The notes: a model not told the origin generated them from the sequence alone. Shown: positions 10,220 to 20,395, counted from the first letter of the stretch. The stretch is 64,000 nt of DNA from an uncultured Actinomycetes bacterium (GCA_963734725.1 CAVTIX010000027.1:14967-78966); one strand, 5' to 3'. Numbers and translations are program-made.

Positions 10220-10924
10220 ATGGACGCGACCACAGGCGACGGCGAGCCAGCCGGCGGCATCCGCGCATCGGACGCCGAGCGGGATGCGACCCTCCAACAG
10301 CTCAGCGCGGCCACCGGAGACGGGCGTCTGACCCTGGAGGAGTTCAGCCAGCGGATGGACCGCGCCACCACGGCCAAGACCCGGGCCGAGCTCGACCGCC
10401 TCGTGGCGGATCTTCCCACGGACGTCGCCGCAGCCAGCAGCGCAGTCGCCGAACGCGGCCCCGGGCGGCCGTCGTGGCACGTCTCGCCCATCGGCGGCCT
10501 GAGCGTCTCCGGGCCATGGCGGATGGAGCGCAATGTCGTCGTGGTGAGCCTCATCGGCGGCGCCGATCTCGACCTGAGGCAGGCACAGCTGGCTGCCCCG
10601 GAGGTCACCTTGACCAAGGTGTCGCTGCTGGGCGGGGTCTCGATCGGAATCCCGCCGGGGATCCGGGTCGATGCGTCGGGCTTCAGCCTCATCGGCGGCA
10701 CGAGCGTCGACGCCGGGCCGACGCCCGGCCCGGGCGCTCCGACCGTCCGTGTCCGCGCGTTCTCACTGCTCGGCGGGACCCGGATCTACCGTGGAGAGCC
10801 GGCCAGCCAGCGCGAAGGCCCGGCCGAGGCGTCACGGATGGACTGGCGGTCCCGGCGGCGGGCTGACCGGCATATGTGGCGGGCCCAGCGCCGGGCCGAA
10901 CGGCGATCGCGCCGCTACCGTTAG
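10220..10924 (+). CDS. DUF1707-domain protein with LiaF-like C-terminal domain
   Basis: N-terminal ASDAERDATLQQLSAATGDGRLTLEEFSQRMDRATTAKTRAELDRLVADLP is the DUF1707/SHOCT-like signature. The C-terminal half has repeated LIGG/LLGG beta-strand motifs. Confidence 0.7.
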   Translation: MDATTGDGEPAGGIRASDAERDATLQQLSAATGDGRLTLEEFSQRMDRATTAKTRAELDRLVADLPTDVAAASSAVAERGPGRPSWHVSPIGGLSVSGPWRMERNVVVVSLIGGADLDLRQAQLAAPEVTLTKVSLLGGVSIGIPPGIRVDASGFSLIGGTSVDAGPTPGPGAPTVRVRAFSLLGGTRIYRGEPASQREGPAEASRMDWRSRRRADRHMWRAQRRAERRSRRYR

Positions 10925-11280
10925 GCCGGCGGCACCCGGGATGAGGCGGCCGGCAACCAGCCCGTGAGCCTCGCGGCTCACGATGGCCTGGCGCCGAGGG
11001 CATCCCGCCCGGATTGTGAATCCGCTCCGTGGGTGAGCGCAGCGCCACCGCAGCAGGTGTTCACGGCTGTGCCGGACGTCACATTCAGCCGGTGAACGCT
11101 GCGGGCGCCGCAGCCCGTATTACCGGCTGCACAAGGCAGCACATTCAGCTGGCCGGCTCGCGCTTGCCGTTTCGCCGAGATCGCGCACGTGGAGGCCGCC
11201 GGGCACGAGCTCGACGGCGGGCCCGGGTCGAACACGGTGAACCGGTAGCGAGCCCGGCCTTTTGCAAATAGGAGAAGCAG

Positions 11281-12393
11281 ATGAACGCACGCATGCGTCT
11301 GGCCGCCAGCGCGGCCATGACCGCCGCGATGGCCGGCCTGCTCGGTGCATCCGCCGCCGCCCCGGCAAGTGCCGCGACCGGCGCGACGGCGCGGCTGCAG
11401 AACGGAGTCCTGACTGTCACCGGGACCGCAGCCCGGGACGTCCTTGGGATTTCCATGGGCCACCGTCAGCTGGCTATCGACTTCGGTTTCGACGGCACCG
11501 TCGACGCCCGTTTCCTGATGTCCCGTATCCAGCAGGTGAGCGTCCAGCTCGGCGACGGCAACGACGGCATCAGCGTCATCGGCGCCGGCGTCGGAGACGT
11601 CCCCATAACGATCAGCGGCGGCCCCGGCAACGACGCGGCCGGGGTAGTCGGTACCGAAGACCCCCTTCTGGCCCACAGCGCGCCGGTCACCCTCTTCGGC
11701 GGTGGCGGCGACGACAACCTCTCCGCGTCCGTGCCGGGTTCGGCCCCGGTCTCGATCGCGGCCGGCGCCGGAGACGACGTCGTTTCCGGCGGCGACGGCA
11801 GCATCGGCCCGGAAAAGATCTCGCTCGGCGCCGGCAACGACAAGTTCGTGAGCACGCTCGACGTCTTCAGCTCCCCCTTCACGGCGCGAAACGACGTCGT
11901 CGACGGCGGCACAGGGAAGGACACGCTAGAGCTGCGCGGCACGTTCGAGTCCGAGTCCCTGAACCTGTCCGCCGACGCGGGACATCTGATTGCCTTGCAC
12001 GACGGCCGGGACCGGACCGACAGCATCAACGCCGAGAACGTGACCTGGTTCGGCTTCGGCGGCAACGACGAGGGCGGTTTCGGGGACGACATCACGGTGC
12101 ACGACCTGTCCGGGACCGGCGTCGTCAACTTCACGCCGGACTTCGGCTCGCCATCCGATGCCACGGCGCCGAACAACAGCGCCGACCAGCTCCGGGTGGT
12201 TGGGACGCCGGGCGATGATCACATCACGGTAGACAGTTTCGGCTCGACCATCAACGTGTCCGGGCTCACGCCGGCGATCACCCCGGTCCTGCTGAACGCG
12301 AACGACGTTCTGCGGATCGACACCTTGGCCGGCAACGACACCGTGGACAGCTCCGGCCTGCCGCCTGGCCTGGTCCAGCTCCAGGTGTCCTGA
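11281..12393 (+). CDS. Secreted protein with hemolysin-type (RTX-like) calcium-binding repeats
   Basis: Signal peptide MNARMRLAASAAMTAAMAGLLGASAAAPASA. Multiple G-x-G-x-D type repeats are present (GGGGDDNLS, AGAGDDVVSGGDG, GAGNDKF, GGTGKDTL, GTPGDDHIT, LAGNDTVDS). Confidence 0.7.
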   Translation: MNARMRLAASAAMTAAMAGLLGASAAAPASAATGATARLQNGVLTVTGTAARDVLGISMGHRQLAIDFGFDGTVDARFLMSRIQQVSVQLGDGNDGISVIGAGVGDVPITISGGPGNDAAGVVGTEDPLLAHSAPVTLFGGGGDDNLSASVPGSAPVSIAAGAGDDVVSGGDGSIGPEKISLGAGNDKFVSTLDVFSSPFTARNDVVDGGTGKDTLELRGTFESESLNLSADAGHLIALHDGRDRTDSINAENVTWFGFGGNDEGGFGDDITVHDLSGTGVVNFTPDFGSPSDATAPNNSADQLRVVGTPGDDHITVDSFGSTINVSGLTPAITPVLLNANDVLRIDTLAGNDTVDSSGLPPGLVQLQVS

Positions 12394-12458
12394 CCGGTGG
12401 ACCGGCCGGGCGGGTGCGCCTCGCCCGGCCGTCACCGGCGCCAAACCGATGCCATCAT

Positions 12459-12940
12459 GTGCTGGTGACAGAGTTTGTGGTCAGACCGGCGCAGGCCGAC
12501 GATGCCCGGGCGATGGCGGAGCTGATGGCGGCGGTGGCCACCGAACGCGGCGGGATCGCGACCGAGCCACCGGTCGACATCGACGAACGCGCCGCGCTCT
12601 TCGCACGCAGCGCAGACGGATCGGTGATCGCGGTCGCCGGCGGCCAGATCATCGGAATGCTCCACGTGCAGGCCAGCCGCCACGGCTTCGGCGAGCTGGG
12701 CATGCTGGTCCGCCGGGACTGGCGTGGGCGCGGGGTCGGCTCCGCCCTAATGCAGGCGGCGATCGACTGGGCTCGCGGCCACCGACTGCACAAGCTGTGC
12801 CTGGAGGTGTTCGCGCAGAACGCGGCCGCGATCGCGCTCTACCGCAAGTGCGGCTTCGCCGAGGAAGGGCGCCGGCCGCAGCAGTACCGGCGGGCCGGTG
12901 GTGAACTTGGGACACGATCATGATGGGCCTGCTGCTCTAG
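12459..12940 (+). CDS. GNAT family N-acetyltransferase (3' end apparently frameshifted)
   Basis: Acetyl-CoA motif RRDWRGRGVGSALMQAA; GTG starts at 12459/12465. The ORF-track stop is at 12923 (…GGELGTRS*). Adding one T in cttggg gives the family-typical ending GELWDTIMMGLLL* with its stop at 12938-12940. Confidence 0.65.
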
Positions 12941-13095
12941 CAGCCCCCTGGCGTGCGCACCCTTTGCCAAGCCACGCACCGATCCGCCCGCCTTCGCCCC
13001 CGGGGCCTCCGGTCATGTGGCCAGTGAATGCGAGCGGTTTGCCGAACCGCCATCTCAGGCGGTTGCCCGCTTGAATCTTTGGCTAAGGGAGGCGA

Positions 13096-13185
13096 TCATG
13101 CTCCCCTCGCGCCCGCGGGCTGGATGTTCTGGTTGAGCCGGAAGAGGTTGTCCGGAGCACCTTTGGCCTCGGGTTGATGAACCCG
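13096..13185 (-). pseudogene. C-terminal remnant of a BBE-type FAD-linked oxidase
   Basis: The ORF tail …EAKGAPDNLFRLNQNIQPAGARGA* resembles the conserved C-terminal …DPxNxFRxNQNIxP of berberine-bridge/FAD-linked oxidases. Nothing upstream resembles the rest of the enzyme. Confidence 0.3.
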
Positions 13186-13379
13186 TCGGCGGCTTTTGCC
13201 TGCCCGGCTCGCGTGCGCAGATCGTGACGTGGGTGACCGAGCACCGGCTGGGTCATGGGGGCGCGTCGGTAGTTCGCCCGATGCCTGGGCACCGGCCGCT
13301 GATTTGGCCCGGGGAAACGGGCAGATTACCGGTAGTTCACCCGATGGCTGCCCGGCGCTGGCCGCTTTAGCGTCAAGGC

Positions 13380-14219
13380 ATGTCACAAGCCACAAGGCCG
13401 GCCCACCGTCCGGGGCCCCGGCGCCCACCGCCGGCCACGATGCCCGCGCCGATCATCGCGGGGTACGCCGCGGCCGTCTATCTGCTCTTCCTGGCGGTCC
13501 TCGGCTACGCGGCAGGCTTCTTCGCGGATGCCGGCGTCCCCAAGGGCATCGACCAGGGGCCGCGCGCCGCCGGGCCGGCCGCGGCGGGCATCGACTTGCT
13601 GCTGCTGTTGCTGTTCGCGGTTCAGCACACCGTCATGGCCCGCCCGTGGTTCAAGCGCCGCTGGGCACGCATCGTGCCAGCGCCTGCCGAACGGGCGACA
13701 TACGTCCTCGCCGCGAGCCTGGCGCTGGCGCTGCTGTTCTGGCTGTGGCGGCCGATCGCGGGGACCGCCTGGAGCCTGCCAGAACCGGCCGCGGCCGCGG
13801 CCTGGGCGGGGTACGCGGCCGGCTGGGCGGTCGCGGTCATCTCCACCTTCCAGGTCAGCCACTCCGACCTGTTCGGACTGCGGCAGGCCTGGCTGCACGC
13901 GCGCCGCGCCGCCTACAGCTCGCCGCCATTCACCGAGCGCGGCCTCTACCGGCGGATCCGGCATCCGCTGATGGCCGGGTTCCTGATCGTCTTCTGGTCA
14001 ACGCCTGCGATGACGGCCGGGCACCTGCTGTTCGCGGCCACCGCGACCGGCTACATGCTGACCGGCATCGCATTCGAGGAACATGACCTGCTGCAGAGCC
14101 TGGGCGAAACCTACGCCGCCTACCGGGCCCGCGTGCCCGCGCTGATCCCCCGGCCCTCGCTACTGCGGCCCTCGCCGGCTGGGCGAGGCGACGAAAACGA
14201 CACCAAGCAGGCGGCATGA
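13380..14219 (+). CDS. Membrane methyltransferase of the isoprenylcysteine carboxyl methyltransferase family (MddA-like)
   Basis: Multi-TM ORF with FAVQHTVMARPWFK and the C-terminal ICMT-type block GLYRRIRHPLMAGFLIVFWSTPAMTAGHLLFA…GIAFEEHDL…YAAYRARVPALIP. An ATG at 13440 is an alternative start. Confidence 0.65.
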   Translation: MSQATRPAHRPGPRRPPPATMPAPIIAGYAAAVYLLFLAVLGYAAGFFADAGVPKGIDQGPRAAGPAAAGIDLLLLLLFAVQHTVMARPWFKRRWARIVPAPAERATYVLAASLALALLFWLWRPIAGTAWSLPEPAAAAAWAGYAAGWAVAVISTFQVSHSDLFGLRQAWLHARRAAYSSPPFTERGLYRRIRHPLMAGFLIVFWSTPAMTAGHLLFAATATGYMLTGIAFEEHDLLQSLGETYAAYRARVPALIPRPSLLRPSPAGRGDENDTKQAA

Positions 14220-15019
14220 GCAGCACAGCTGAAGACACCGTCCCGTCAAGCGGGCTCACTAGCAGAACTCAGGCGACCGCTGTTATCCGGCCGGCCGGCC
14301 CAGCAGACATGGCGGCGCTCGGCGACTTCTTCGCCGGGCTCTCCGCGCAGTCCCGGTACCTGCGATTCTTCGCCCCGGTCACGCCTACCCCGGCCCTGCT
14401 CCGCATGCTGTCCGGCGGTGGCGCCCATGTCGATGTCGTGGTCGCTGTTCGGGGCGGTGTCATCATCGGGCACGCGATGGCAGCAGACCAGCCCGCAACC
14501 GAAGGCCCGCGGCGCCCCGGGACAGCCTGCGACCCCCTAGGGCCGGCCGTGACCGACATCGGCGTCGTGGTGGCCGATGCCTGGCAGGGGCGGGGCGTCG
14601 GCTCGGCGCTGGCGCGCGCGCTGGTCGCTCGGGCCCAGGCGCGGGGCGTGACATCGATGGCGATGGAGGTCCTACACGCGAACCACCGGGTGCTCGCCAT
14701 GATCGAGCGCCACTGGCCCACGGCCGAAACTGGCCGCTTCCGGGAATCCGCCAGCATCCACATCCGGCTTCCGCGATCTGCGCAGCTCCCCACCGCCTCG
14801 GCAGATGCCCCGCACCATTGCTGGCCAAGCAAAATGCCCTCACGTCCCGGCGCTTACCCGGTTGCTGCACGGTCACCTTGTCAATCTCGGCGACACCTGG
14901 ATAACGCCGCCAGAACGGGCCGATCGGCGCTTGATGTGCTCACAAGCACGGCCACGGAGGAGGGATGCCGATCCAGCGGCTTACATAGTAGGGCAGCCGT
15001 ACTTCGAGATCATTGGTAA
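14216..15019 (+). CDS. GNAT family acetyltransferase
   Basis: The ATG overlaps the upstream stop (ATGA at 14216-14219). Motifs SRYLRFF and WQGRGVGSALARALVARA are present. The C-terminal ~70 aa are low-similarity and may be read-through. Confidence 0.6.
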   Translation: MSSTAEDTVPSSGLTSRTQATAVIRPAGPADMAALGDFFAGLSAQSRYLRFFAPVTPTPALLRMLSGGGAHVDVVVAVRGGVIIGHAMAADQPATEGPRRPGTACDPLGPAVTDIGVVVADAWQGRGVGSALARALVARAQARGVTSMAMEVLHANHRVLAMIERHWPTAETGRFRESASIHIRLPRSAQLPTASADAPHHCWPSKMPSRPGAYPVAARSPCQSRRHLDNAARTGRSALDVLTSTATEEGCRSSGLHSRAAVLRDHW

Positions 15020-15219
15020 GGCTGGGTGATGGTGCGGGCCCGCGAGCGCGGCGGGCGCGGTCGGGGGAATCTATCCACCGGGACCACCGACAGGCCGATG
15101 TGGACGGTAACGCACGTGGCCTATGCTCGCGGCATGCGCAAGTGAAACTGATCTGCCCGTGCTCCTCCTGACTGGCTCGTCCGCGTCCATGACTAGTCGA
15201 GCCGACAAGGAGTTCCGGC

Positions 15220-16071
15220 ATGCTCACACACCAGCAGATCCTGCATTTCCGCACGTTCGGGTACGTCATGCTGCCTGGGCTGTTCAGCCCGGGCGAGGCC
15301 GCTGCGCTGCGCCAGGAGGTCGCCGTTGCGCTGACGGACGCGTTCGGCCAGCTCTCCACCGAGCCGAACGATCTGGGCGGTATCAGCGGTGACTACCTCC
15401 CCTTGGCGGTGAACCGCTTTCCGCTGAGCCTGGCGCTGATCGCTGATGACCCCCGGACCTTCGGGGCCTCAGCCGAGCTGCTCGGCGGCCCGGCCGTGCC
15501 ATCGGCAGGGATCGCCACCTGCTTCACCGGCGATTCCACCTGGCACACCCGCCAGGGCCCCGACGTCGGTGGCGTCACGTTCTGGGCCGACCTGGAGCCG
15601 CGCACCGCCCAGACCGGCGCGCTGCGCTTGATTCCCGGCTCGCACCTGCCGCAGTTCGAACATCGGCTCTGCGAATACCGCCGGGCCGAGCCCGCCATGT
15701 CCGGGTTCGGGCACTGGGAATGGCCGCATGTCGTGGTGGAAACCCAGCCGGGCGACGTGGTGGCCTTCCACGCACACCTGATGAACTGCGCCCACGGCGG
15801 CACGCCACGACTGTCGTGGACGATCGACTACCTGCCCTGGCCCGGCCTCGCCGACACGGACCGGCTGGCAGCTGTACGCGACGTGGCCGAAGACGACGTC
15901 GAGTTCGACCACGAGGACTACGACCGGGACCGCTTCCCCGTCTGGCGCGAATGGGCAGCGGGGGCAGGCCAGGCGCCATCCCGAGCCGTCGCGGCCGAGC
16001 GGCTCAGGCTGCTCGGCGTCCTGAAGGACCCGGAGAATGGCCGGTCGGCTGACGGGCGCCGTGCTTGGTGA
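15220..16071 (+). CDS. Phytanoyl-CoA dioxygenase (PhyH) family Fe(II)/2-oxoglutarate oxygenase
   Basis: N-terminus MLTHQQILHFRTFGYVMLPGLFSPGEAAALRQE and the later WHTRQG…LIPGSH…AFHAHLMNCAHGG (His/Asp/His-type facial triad context) are typical of PhyH-family proteins. Confidence 0.75.
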   Translation: MLTHQQILHFRTFGYVMLPGLFSPGEAAALRQEVAVALTDAFGQLSTEPNDLGGISGDYLPLAVNRFPLSLALIADDPRTFGASAELLGGPAVPSAGIATCFTGDSTWHTRQGPDVGGVTFWADLEPRTAQTGALRLIPGSHLPQFEHRLCEYRRAEPAMSGFGHWEWPHVVVETQPGDVVAFHAHLMNCAHGGTPRLSWTIDYLPWPGLADTDRLAAVRDVAEDDVEFDHEDYDRDRFPVWREWAAGAGQAPSRAVAAERLRLLGVLKDPENGRSADGRRAW

Positions 16072-16235
16072 CCTGATCACAGATCGGCTGGCTGCCCGCG
16101 CAGCCGGGCGCGCTGGTGGAACCGGGCCCGGACGTGCCTGAGCACGCGCGGTGGCGCTGTCATGTCGTGGCGGCGGCGTTCACGCGAGGATCGGCGCCGG
16201 CCGGCGGCATCCCGGGCCGCCGGCCGGTGAGTGGG

Positions 16236-17726
16236 TCAGCCCTCGGGGTCGATGCCGTGCCAGGCGGGCACTTTCACCGTCCGGTGCCCGGGGGTGCCGC
16301 CGAGGATCACCTTGCGCAGGGAGACGTCATTGCGCGTGTTCGACTCGTACAGGACGTGCTCCGGGTTGGCGATCACCTCGATGTAGTAAGTGCCGTTCGG
16401 CACGCGGGTGATGTCGAACGACTGGCCGGCGACAGACTGGAAGTAGGTGTCTCCCCAGCCCACCGGCATCATTTCCTGCACCCACAGGGCGGTCGGCAAG
16501 CCGCAGGTGAAATCGCCGAAGCCGATCACTGGCGGCTGCCATACCGCATGCGGCGCGAGCAGGTCCACGGGGTCGCTCGGGGCGATGCAGAACCCCTGCT
16601 TGTGACTGCGCACCGCCAGGGTTTTCGCGGAGTCGAGCAACTGGTACCGGGCGAACTGCTCGAAGTGCCAGTGGTTGTGGCCGTGCCGAGAGTCGAAGCC
16701 CATCGTGCCCGCGCGGGCCCGGCCGATGACGTGCCCGTTCCGCCAGAAGTACTGGTAGGCCTTCATGATCGGTGAGCCGTTCGAGCGGAAGCCCTCGACG
16801 TCCAGCGGCGAGTTGCCGCCGACCCATACGGTGGCGCCGAAGCTCAGCAAGTCCAGCCCGGACCGGCGGTCGTGGAACGCGCTGATGCCCCACGATGGCA
16901 GCGGCACCAGGTCCGGCAGCGCCGCCGCGGGCGGGCTTGCCAGGGACGGGACGCGGGGCAGCGGGGCAAGCCCCCGGGCGCGCGCGGGGCCGGTCCTGGG
17001 AGCGGCCGCGCAGCATCCCCGTCCCTTCACCACGGTGAGCTTGACACTGGCGGTCGCGTCGGCGGCGCTGATGTGCAGCAGGCGCACGAACTGCGGGGCG
17101 ATGGTCGCGGTGACCTTGTATTTCCCGGGGGCGAGCCGCACGGTCGGGGGAGGAAAGCTGGACGAGAAGCCGACCGGGTCGGCTGCCCAGCCCCGCGCCA
17201 GGCCCATGACCAGGCTCTTCGGGAACGGGTCGAAGCCGCATCCGGGCGGGTACGGGCTCGTGCGCGCGCTGTCGGGGACCGCCCGCTGCGGCCCGAAGTT
17301 GGGGCAGAACAGCGGCCGGGTCGAGGCCACCACCTTGCCAGCGGTATTTGCGACGGACAGGCGCAGGAAGTCCCGCAGCCCGTTGAAGCCGTCCAGCAGG
17401 CTGGCGGGCAGGGACCTGGTCGTGGTGCCGCCGCCCGGACGGAAGATGACCTGGGTGAGCGTGATCGGCTTGGTGTAGCTGGCCCGCTGCACGTCAAACT
17501 GCAGCGCGGATCCGAGCGAGGCCACATAGACGCCAGGGTCCAGGAACACCCGGCCCCGGAAACTCGACAGCGTGATGCTGTTCTGGGCCACGATCAGCTT
17601 CACCACCGGCCCGTGCGCGGCTGCCTGGGCCCCGGCCTGCGCAGGCCCCGCCAGCGCGGCCGCCGCCACCGCCGAAGCAAAACCCGCCGCGATGGCACGC
17701 CGCAGCCCACGTCCTGGTCTGTTCAT
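16236..17726 (-). CDS. Secreted lysyl-oxidase-like copper amine oxidase, paralog 2
   Basis: GGGAGGAGAGG lies just upstream of the ATG at 17726 (MNRPGRGLRRAIAAGFASAVAAAALAGPAQA). The protein is collinear with the 516..2012 product, including HGHNHWHFEQFARYQLL…HKQGFCIAPSD…GDTYFQ…FDITRVPNGTYYIEVIANP…RND. Confidence 0.8.
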   Translation of the reverse strand: MNRPGRGLRRAIAAGFASAVAAAALAGPAQAGAQAAAHGPVVKLIVAQNSITLSSFRGRVFLDPGVYVASLGSALQFDVQRASYTKPITLTQVIFRPGGGTTTRSLPASLLDGFNGLRDFLRLSVANTAGKVVASTRPLFCPNFGPQRAVPDSARTSPYPPGCGFDPFPKSLVMGLARGWAADPVGFSSSFPPPTVRLAPGKYKVTATIAPQFVRLLHISAADATASVKLTVVKGRGCCAAAPRTGPARARGLAPLPRVPSLASPPAAALPDLVPLPSWGISAFHDRRSGLDLLSFGATVWVGGNSPLDVEGFRSNGSPIMKAYQYFWRNGHVIGRARAGTMGFDSRHGHNHWHFEQFARYQLLDSAKTLAVRSHKQGFCIAPSDPVDLLAPHAVWQPPVIGFGDFTCGLPTALWVQEMMPVGWGDTYFQSVAGQSFDITRVPNGTYYIEVIANPEHVLYESNTRNDVSLRKVILGGTPGHRTVKVPAWHGIDPEG

Positions 17727-17898
17727 GACCTCTCCTCCCGGGTGCGCGGTAGCCGACCGCCGGCCGCGGCGCGACACGGGCACCCATTCAGTAGACGTTT
17801 AACCAGCGATCGATGTTGCGCGCGACGTCAGCCATTTCCCCGATCAAGTAAGGATTTCTGATGAAGTTGGCCCGCCGGATCGATCTTGGCGCTGACAT

Positions 17899-18777
17899 TT
17901 GTCCAAGACTGATAGCCGGCAGCCCCGTATCGTCCAGCGCATGGATGATCGCGACGTTGAGCACTCGCCCGGGATGCACGTGGTCCACGACGGCCCGCGC
18001 CAAGGACCGCCACTGTTGCTCATTCACGGATCGGGGGCTTCGGGCGCCTCTTGGGGCCCGGTGGCCAGGGCACTCGCCGGCCACCATCATGTCATCCGGG
18101 TCGACCTTCCGGGGTGCGGCCAATCCCCGCCCGCACCGTCGTACGACGTGCCTGAGCAGGCAGGCCGCGTGGCTGTGCTGCTCGACGACCTGGGGATGCG
18201 GCACGTCACCGTGGCCGGGCACTCCAGCGGCGGCTACGTCGCCACCGCGCTCGCCGAACAGCGCCCGGACCTGGTGGGGTCGCTCGCGCTGATCAGCACC
18301 GGCCCGAGTCTCGATGCGCTCCTTCCCCAGCCGTTCATCCTCCGGGCCCTGCTGGCCCCGCCTCTCGGCCCGCTTCTGTGGCCAAGGCGGTCGGACGCGA
18401 TGATCCGCAGGGGGATCAGCGCGACGACCGCTCGCCCGGTGGACATCCCGGGCGACGCGGTTGCTGACCTGAAGAACATCACGTACCGCGCGTTCCGCAA
18501 GGTGCTGCGCTGCAACGCCGCGTACGTCGCCGAGCGGAGCGTGCCCGAACGTCTCGCCGACCTCGATGTCCCCGTGCTGGTGATCTTCGGCGCCGCCGAC
18601 CCCCGCTACGAGCCTTCGTCGGCGCACCAGTACCACGCGGCGCCGAACGCACGGGTCGAGATGCTGCCCGGCGTCGGGCATGTGCCCATCCTCGAAGCGC
18701 CCGAGACGACCAGCGAACTCCTGCTGGGCTTCACTGCGACGGCCGCGGACACCCCGCCGGTGATCCCCACGGCATAG
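17899..18777 (+). CDS. Alpha/beta hydrolase
   Basis: LLLIHGSGASGASW, nucleophile elbow GHSSGG, and C-terminal PGVGHVPILEAPE. Confidence 0.8.
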   Translation: MSKTDSRQPRIVQRMDDRDVEHSPGMHVVHDGPRQGPPLLLIHGSGASGASWGPVARALAGHHHVIRVDLPGCGQSPPAPSYDVPEQAGRVAVLLDDLGMRHVTVAGHSSGGYVATALAEQRPDLVGSLALISTGPSLDALLPQPFILRALLAPPLGPLLWPRRSDAMIRRGISATTARPVDIPGDAVADLKNITYRAFRKVLRCNAAYVAERSVPERLADLDVPVLVIFGAADPRYEPSSAHQYHAAPNARVEMLPGVGHVPILEAPETTSELLLGFTATAADTPPVIPTA

Positions 18778-18786
18778 GCTGCTCAC

Positions 18787-19631
18787 GTGCTGCCGACCGG
18801 GACATCACCTGGCTGGACGTGGTCGGACGTGGACGTCGCCGTGCCGCGCCCATCAGGCCAGCTGCCGGGGATCAGCATGGCCGGGTTCCGCCAACGTGTC
18901 CCCGCGCTCGTGGACATCGCCATGATCGCGCACCCATCCGTCTCCTTGATCTTCGACCTGAGCGAGGCAGGAGGCATCGTCTACGATGCCCGCGGGCGGC
19001 GCCGGCGCGGCAGCTTCGTCGCCGGACTCCTCCCGGGCCAGCTTCGGCCGGCGGATGGAGTGGCGAGTGTCTCCAGATCCGGTTGTCGCCGGTCGTCGCG
19101 GCTGCGGTGCTCGGCGCATCGACCGAGCTCACCGGGACCGTGACATCCCTGGAAGATGTCTGGGGCCGCGGCGCCGGGCAGGTCGAGGAGAGGCTGCGCG
19201 CCGCCACGTCGTGGGACGAACGGTTCTCGCTCGCGGCGGAGGTCCTCGGCCGGCGACTGGGCGCCTGCCCACCGGTCGATCCGGAGGTCGCCTACACCTG
19301 GCGGCGGACGGTCACCAGCCGAGGGCAGGCACGCGTCAACAGCCTGGCAGACGAGGTCGGCTGGGGCCGCAAGCGCCTGTGGTCCCGCTTCCGATCCCAG
19401 ATCGGCCTCGCACCCAAACGCGCCGCGCAGTTGGTGCGCTTCGACCACGCCGCTCACCTTCTCGCGGCAGGTCATGCTGTCGCGAGCGTTGCCGCCGAGA
19501 GCGGCTACGTTGACCAGTCCCACCTCCACCGCGAGGTCAAGGCGATCGCCGGAGTCACGCCCGCCGCCGTGGCCACCGCGCCGTGGCTCGCGATCGACGA
19601 CGTAGCGTGGCCTGCTCCACCGCCAACCTGA
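18787..19631 (+). pseudogene. AraC-family transcriptional regulator, frame broken near 19055-19075
   Basis: The N-terminal sensor part (…GISMAGFRQRVPALVDIAMIAHPSVSLIFDL…FVAGLLPGQLRPADG) is in ORF 18787..19143. The remainder (ECLQIRLSPVVAAAVLG… and the HTH part LADEVGWGRKRLWSRFRSQIGLAPKRAAQLVRFDHA…SGYVDQSHLHREVKAIAGVTP) is in ORF 18819..19631. Confidence 0.6.
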
Positions 19632-19659
19632 CGCCGCCGACAGCTGACGGACACAGATG

Positions 19660-20395
19660 TCAGCCCTGCAGGGCGTGCATCGCCGCCACAGCTCCCGGCT
19701 GGTGGCCCATCGCCAGCATGAACAGCCACAGCAGGATCGCCAGTCCCGCGTAGCAGGCAAAGGCCGCCTGGGCGCCGCGCGGGCTGAGCGGCGGCTTGCC
19801 AGCCGGGATGCAGGCCCTGGCCTGCTCGGCATCGTCCTCGTTGCCGTGTTTGCTGTCTTCGGGTGGTCCGCGGCGTACCGGCTCGTCCGAGGAGGCTTGT
19901 GCCGCAGGCGGGTTCCAGGCTTCAGGCATGCGCGCATGCCTCCCTGCCCGCCGCCTGGCGGGCCGCTCTGCTTGGTTCGCCTGGTGGCGGTCAACCAGGT
20001 AGTCGAGGAGTCCCAGGGGATGAGGACGACGAAGATCCACAGATCCGCGGTGACGGCGAGCACCGCGCCCAGCAGCATTCCTGCGATGACCGCGGCCAGC
20101 CCAAACCGCGAGCCGATGGAGCAGGTGATCGACTTCACCACCCGGCCGCCGTCTAGCGGCACCACGGGCAGCAGATTGAACAGGTTGATCAACGCTATCC
20201 ATGCAGCGGCGGCGGCGAAGGCCCCGCTGCGGGTGGCGAGTACAGCAGCCCAGTCCCGGCCGCCAGCACGGCCCCGGTGAATGGTCCGGCCAGGGCGATG
20301 ATGGCCTCGGCCCGCCGCCAGGCTCACACCGGCAATGATCTCAGCCCGGGAGGCCAGCGCCTGATCGATTCCGCCGTGTCCATCCTGCTGACCGG
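19660..20395 (-). pseudogene. Degraded small M50/COG1994-type metalloprotease gene (no HExxH, at least two frame changes)
   Basis: Family-typical pieces lie in three different minus-strand frames: AIIALAGPFTGAVLAAG, WIALINLFNLLPVVPLDGGRVVKSI…LWIFVVLIP, and the tail …ACYAGLAILLWLFMLAMGHQ*. Junctions fall near 20225 and 20020. There is no room for the HExxH N-terminal part before the neighbouring gene's stop at 20396. Confidence 0.45.
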
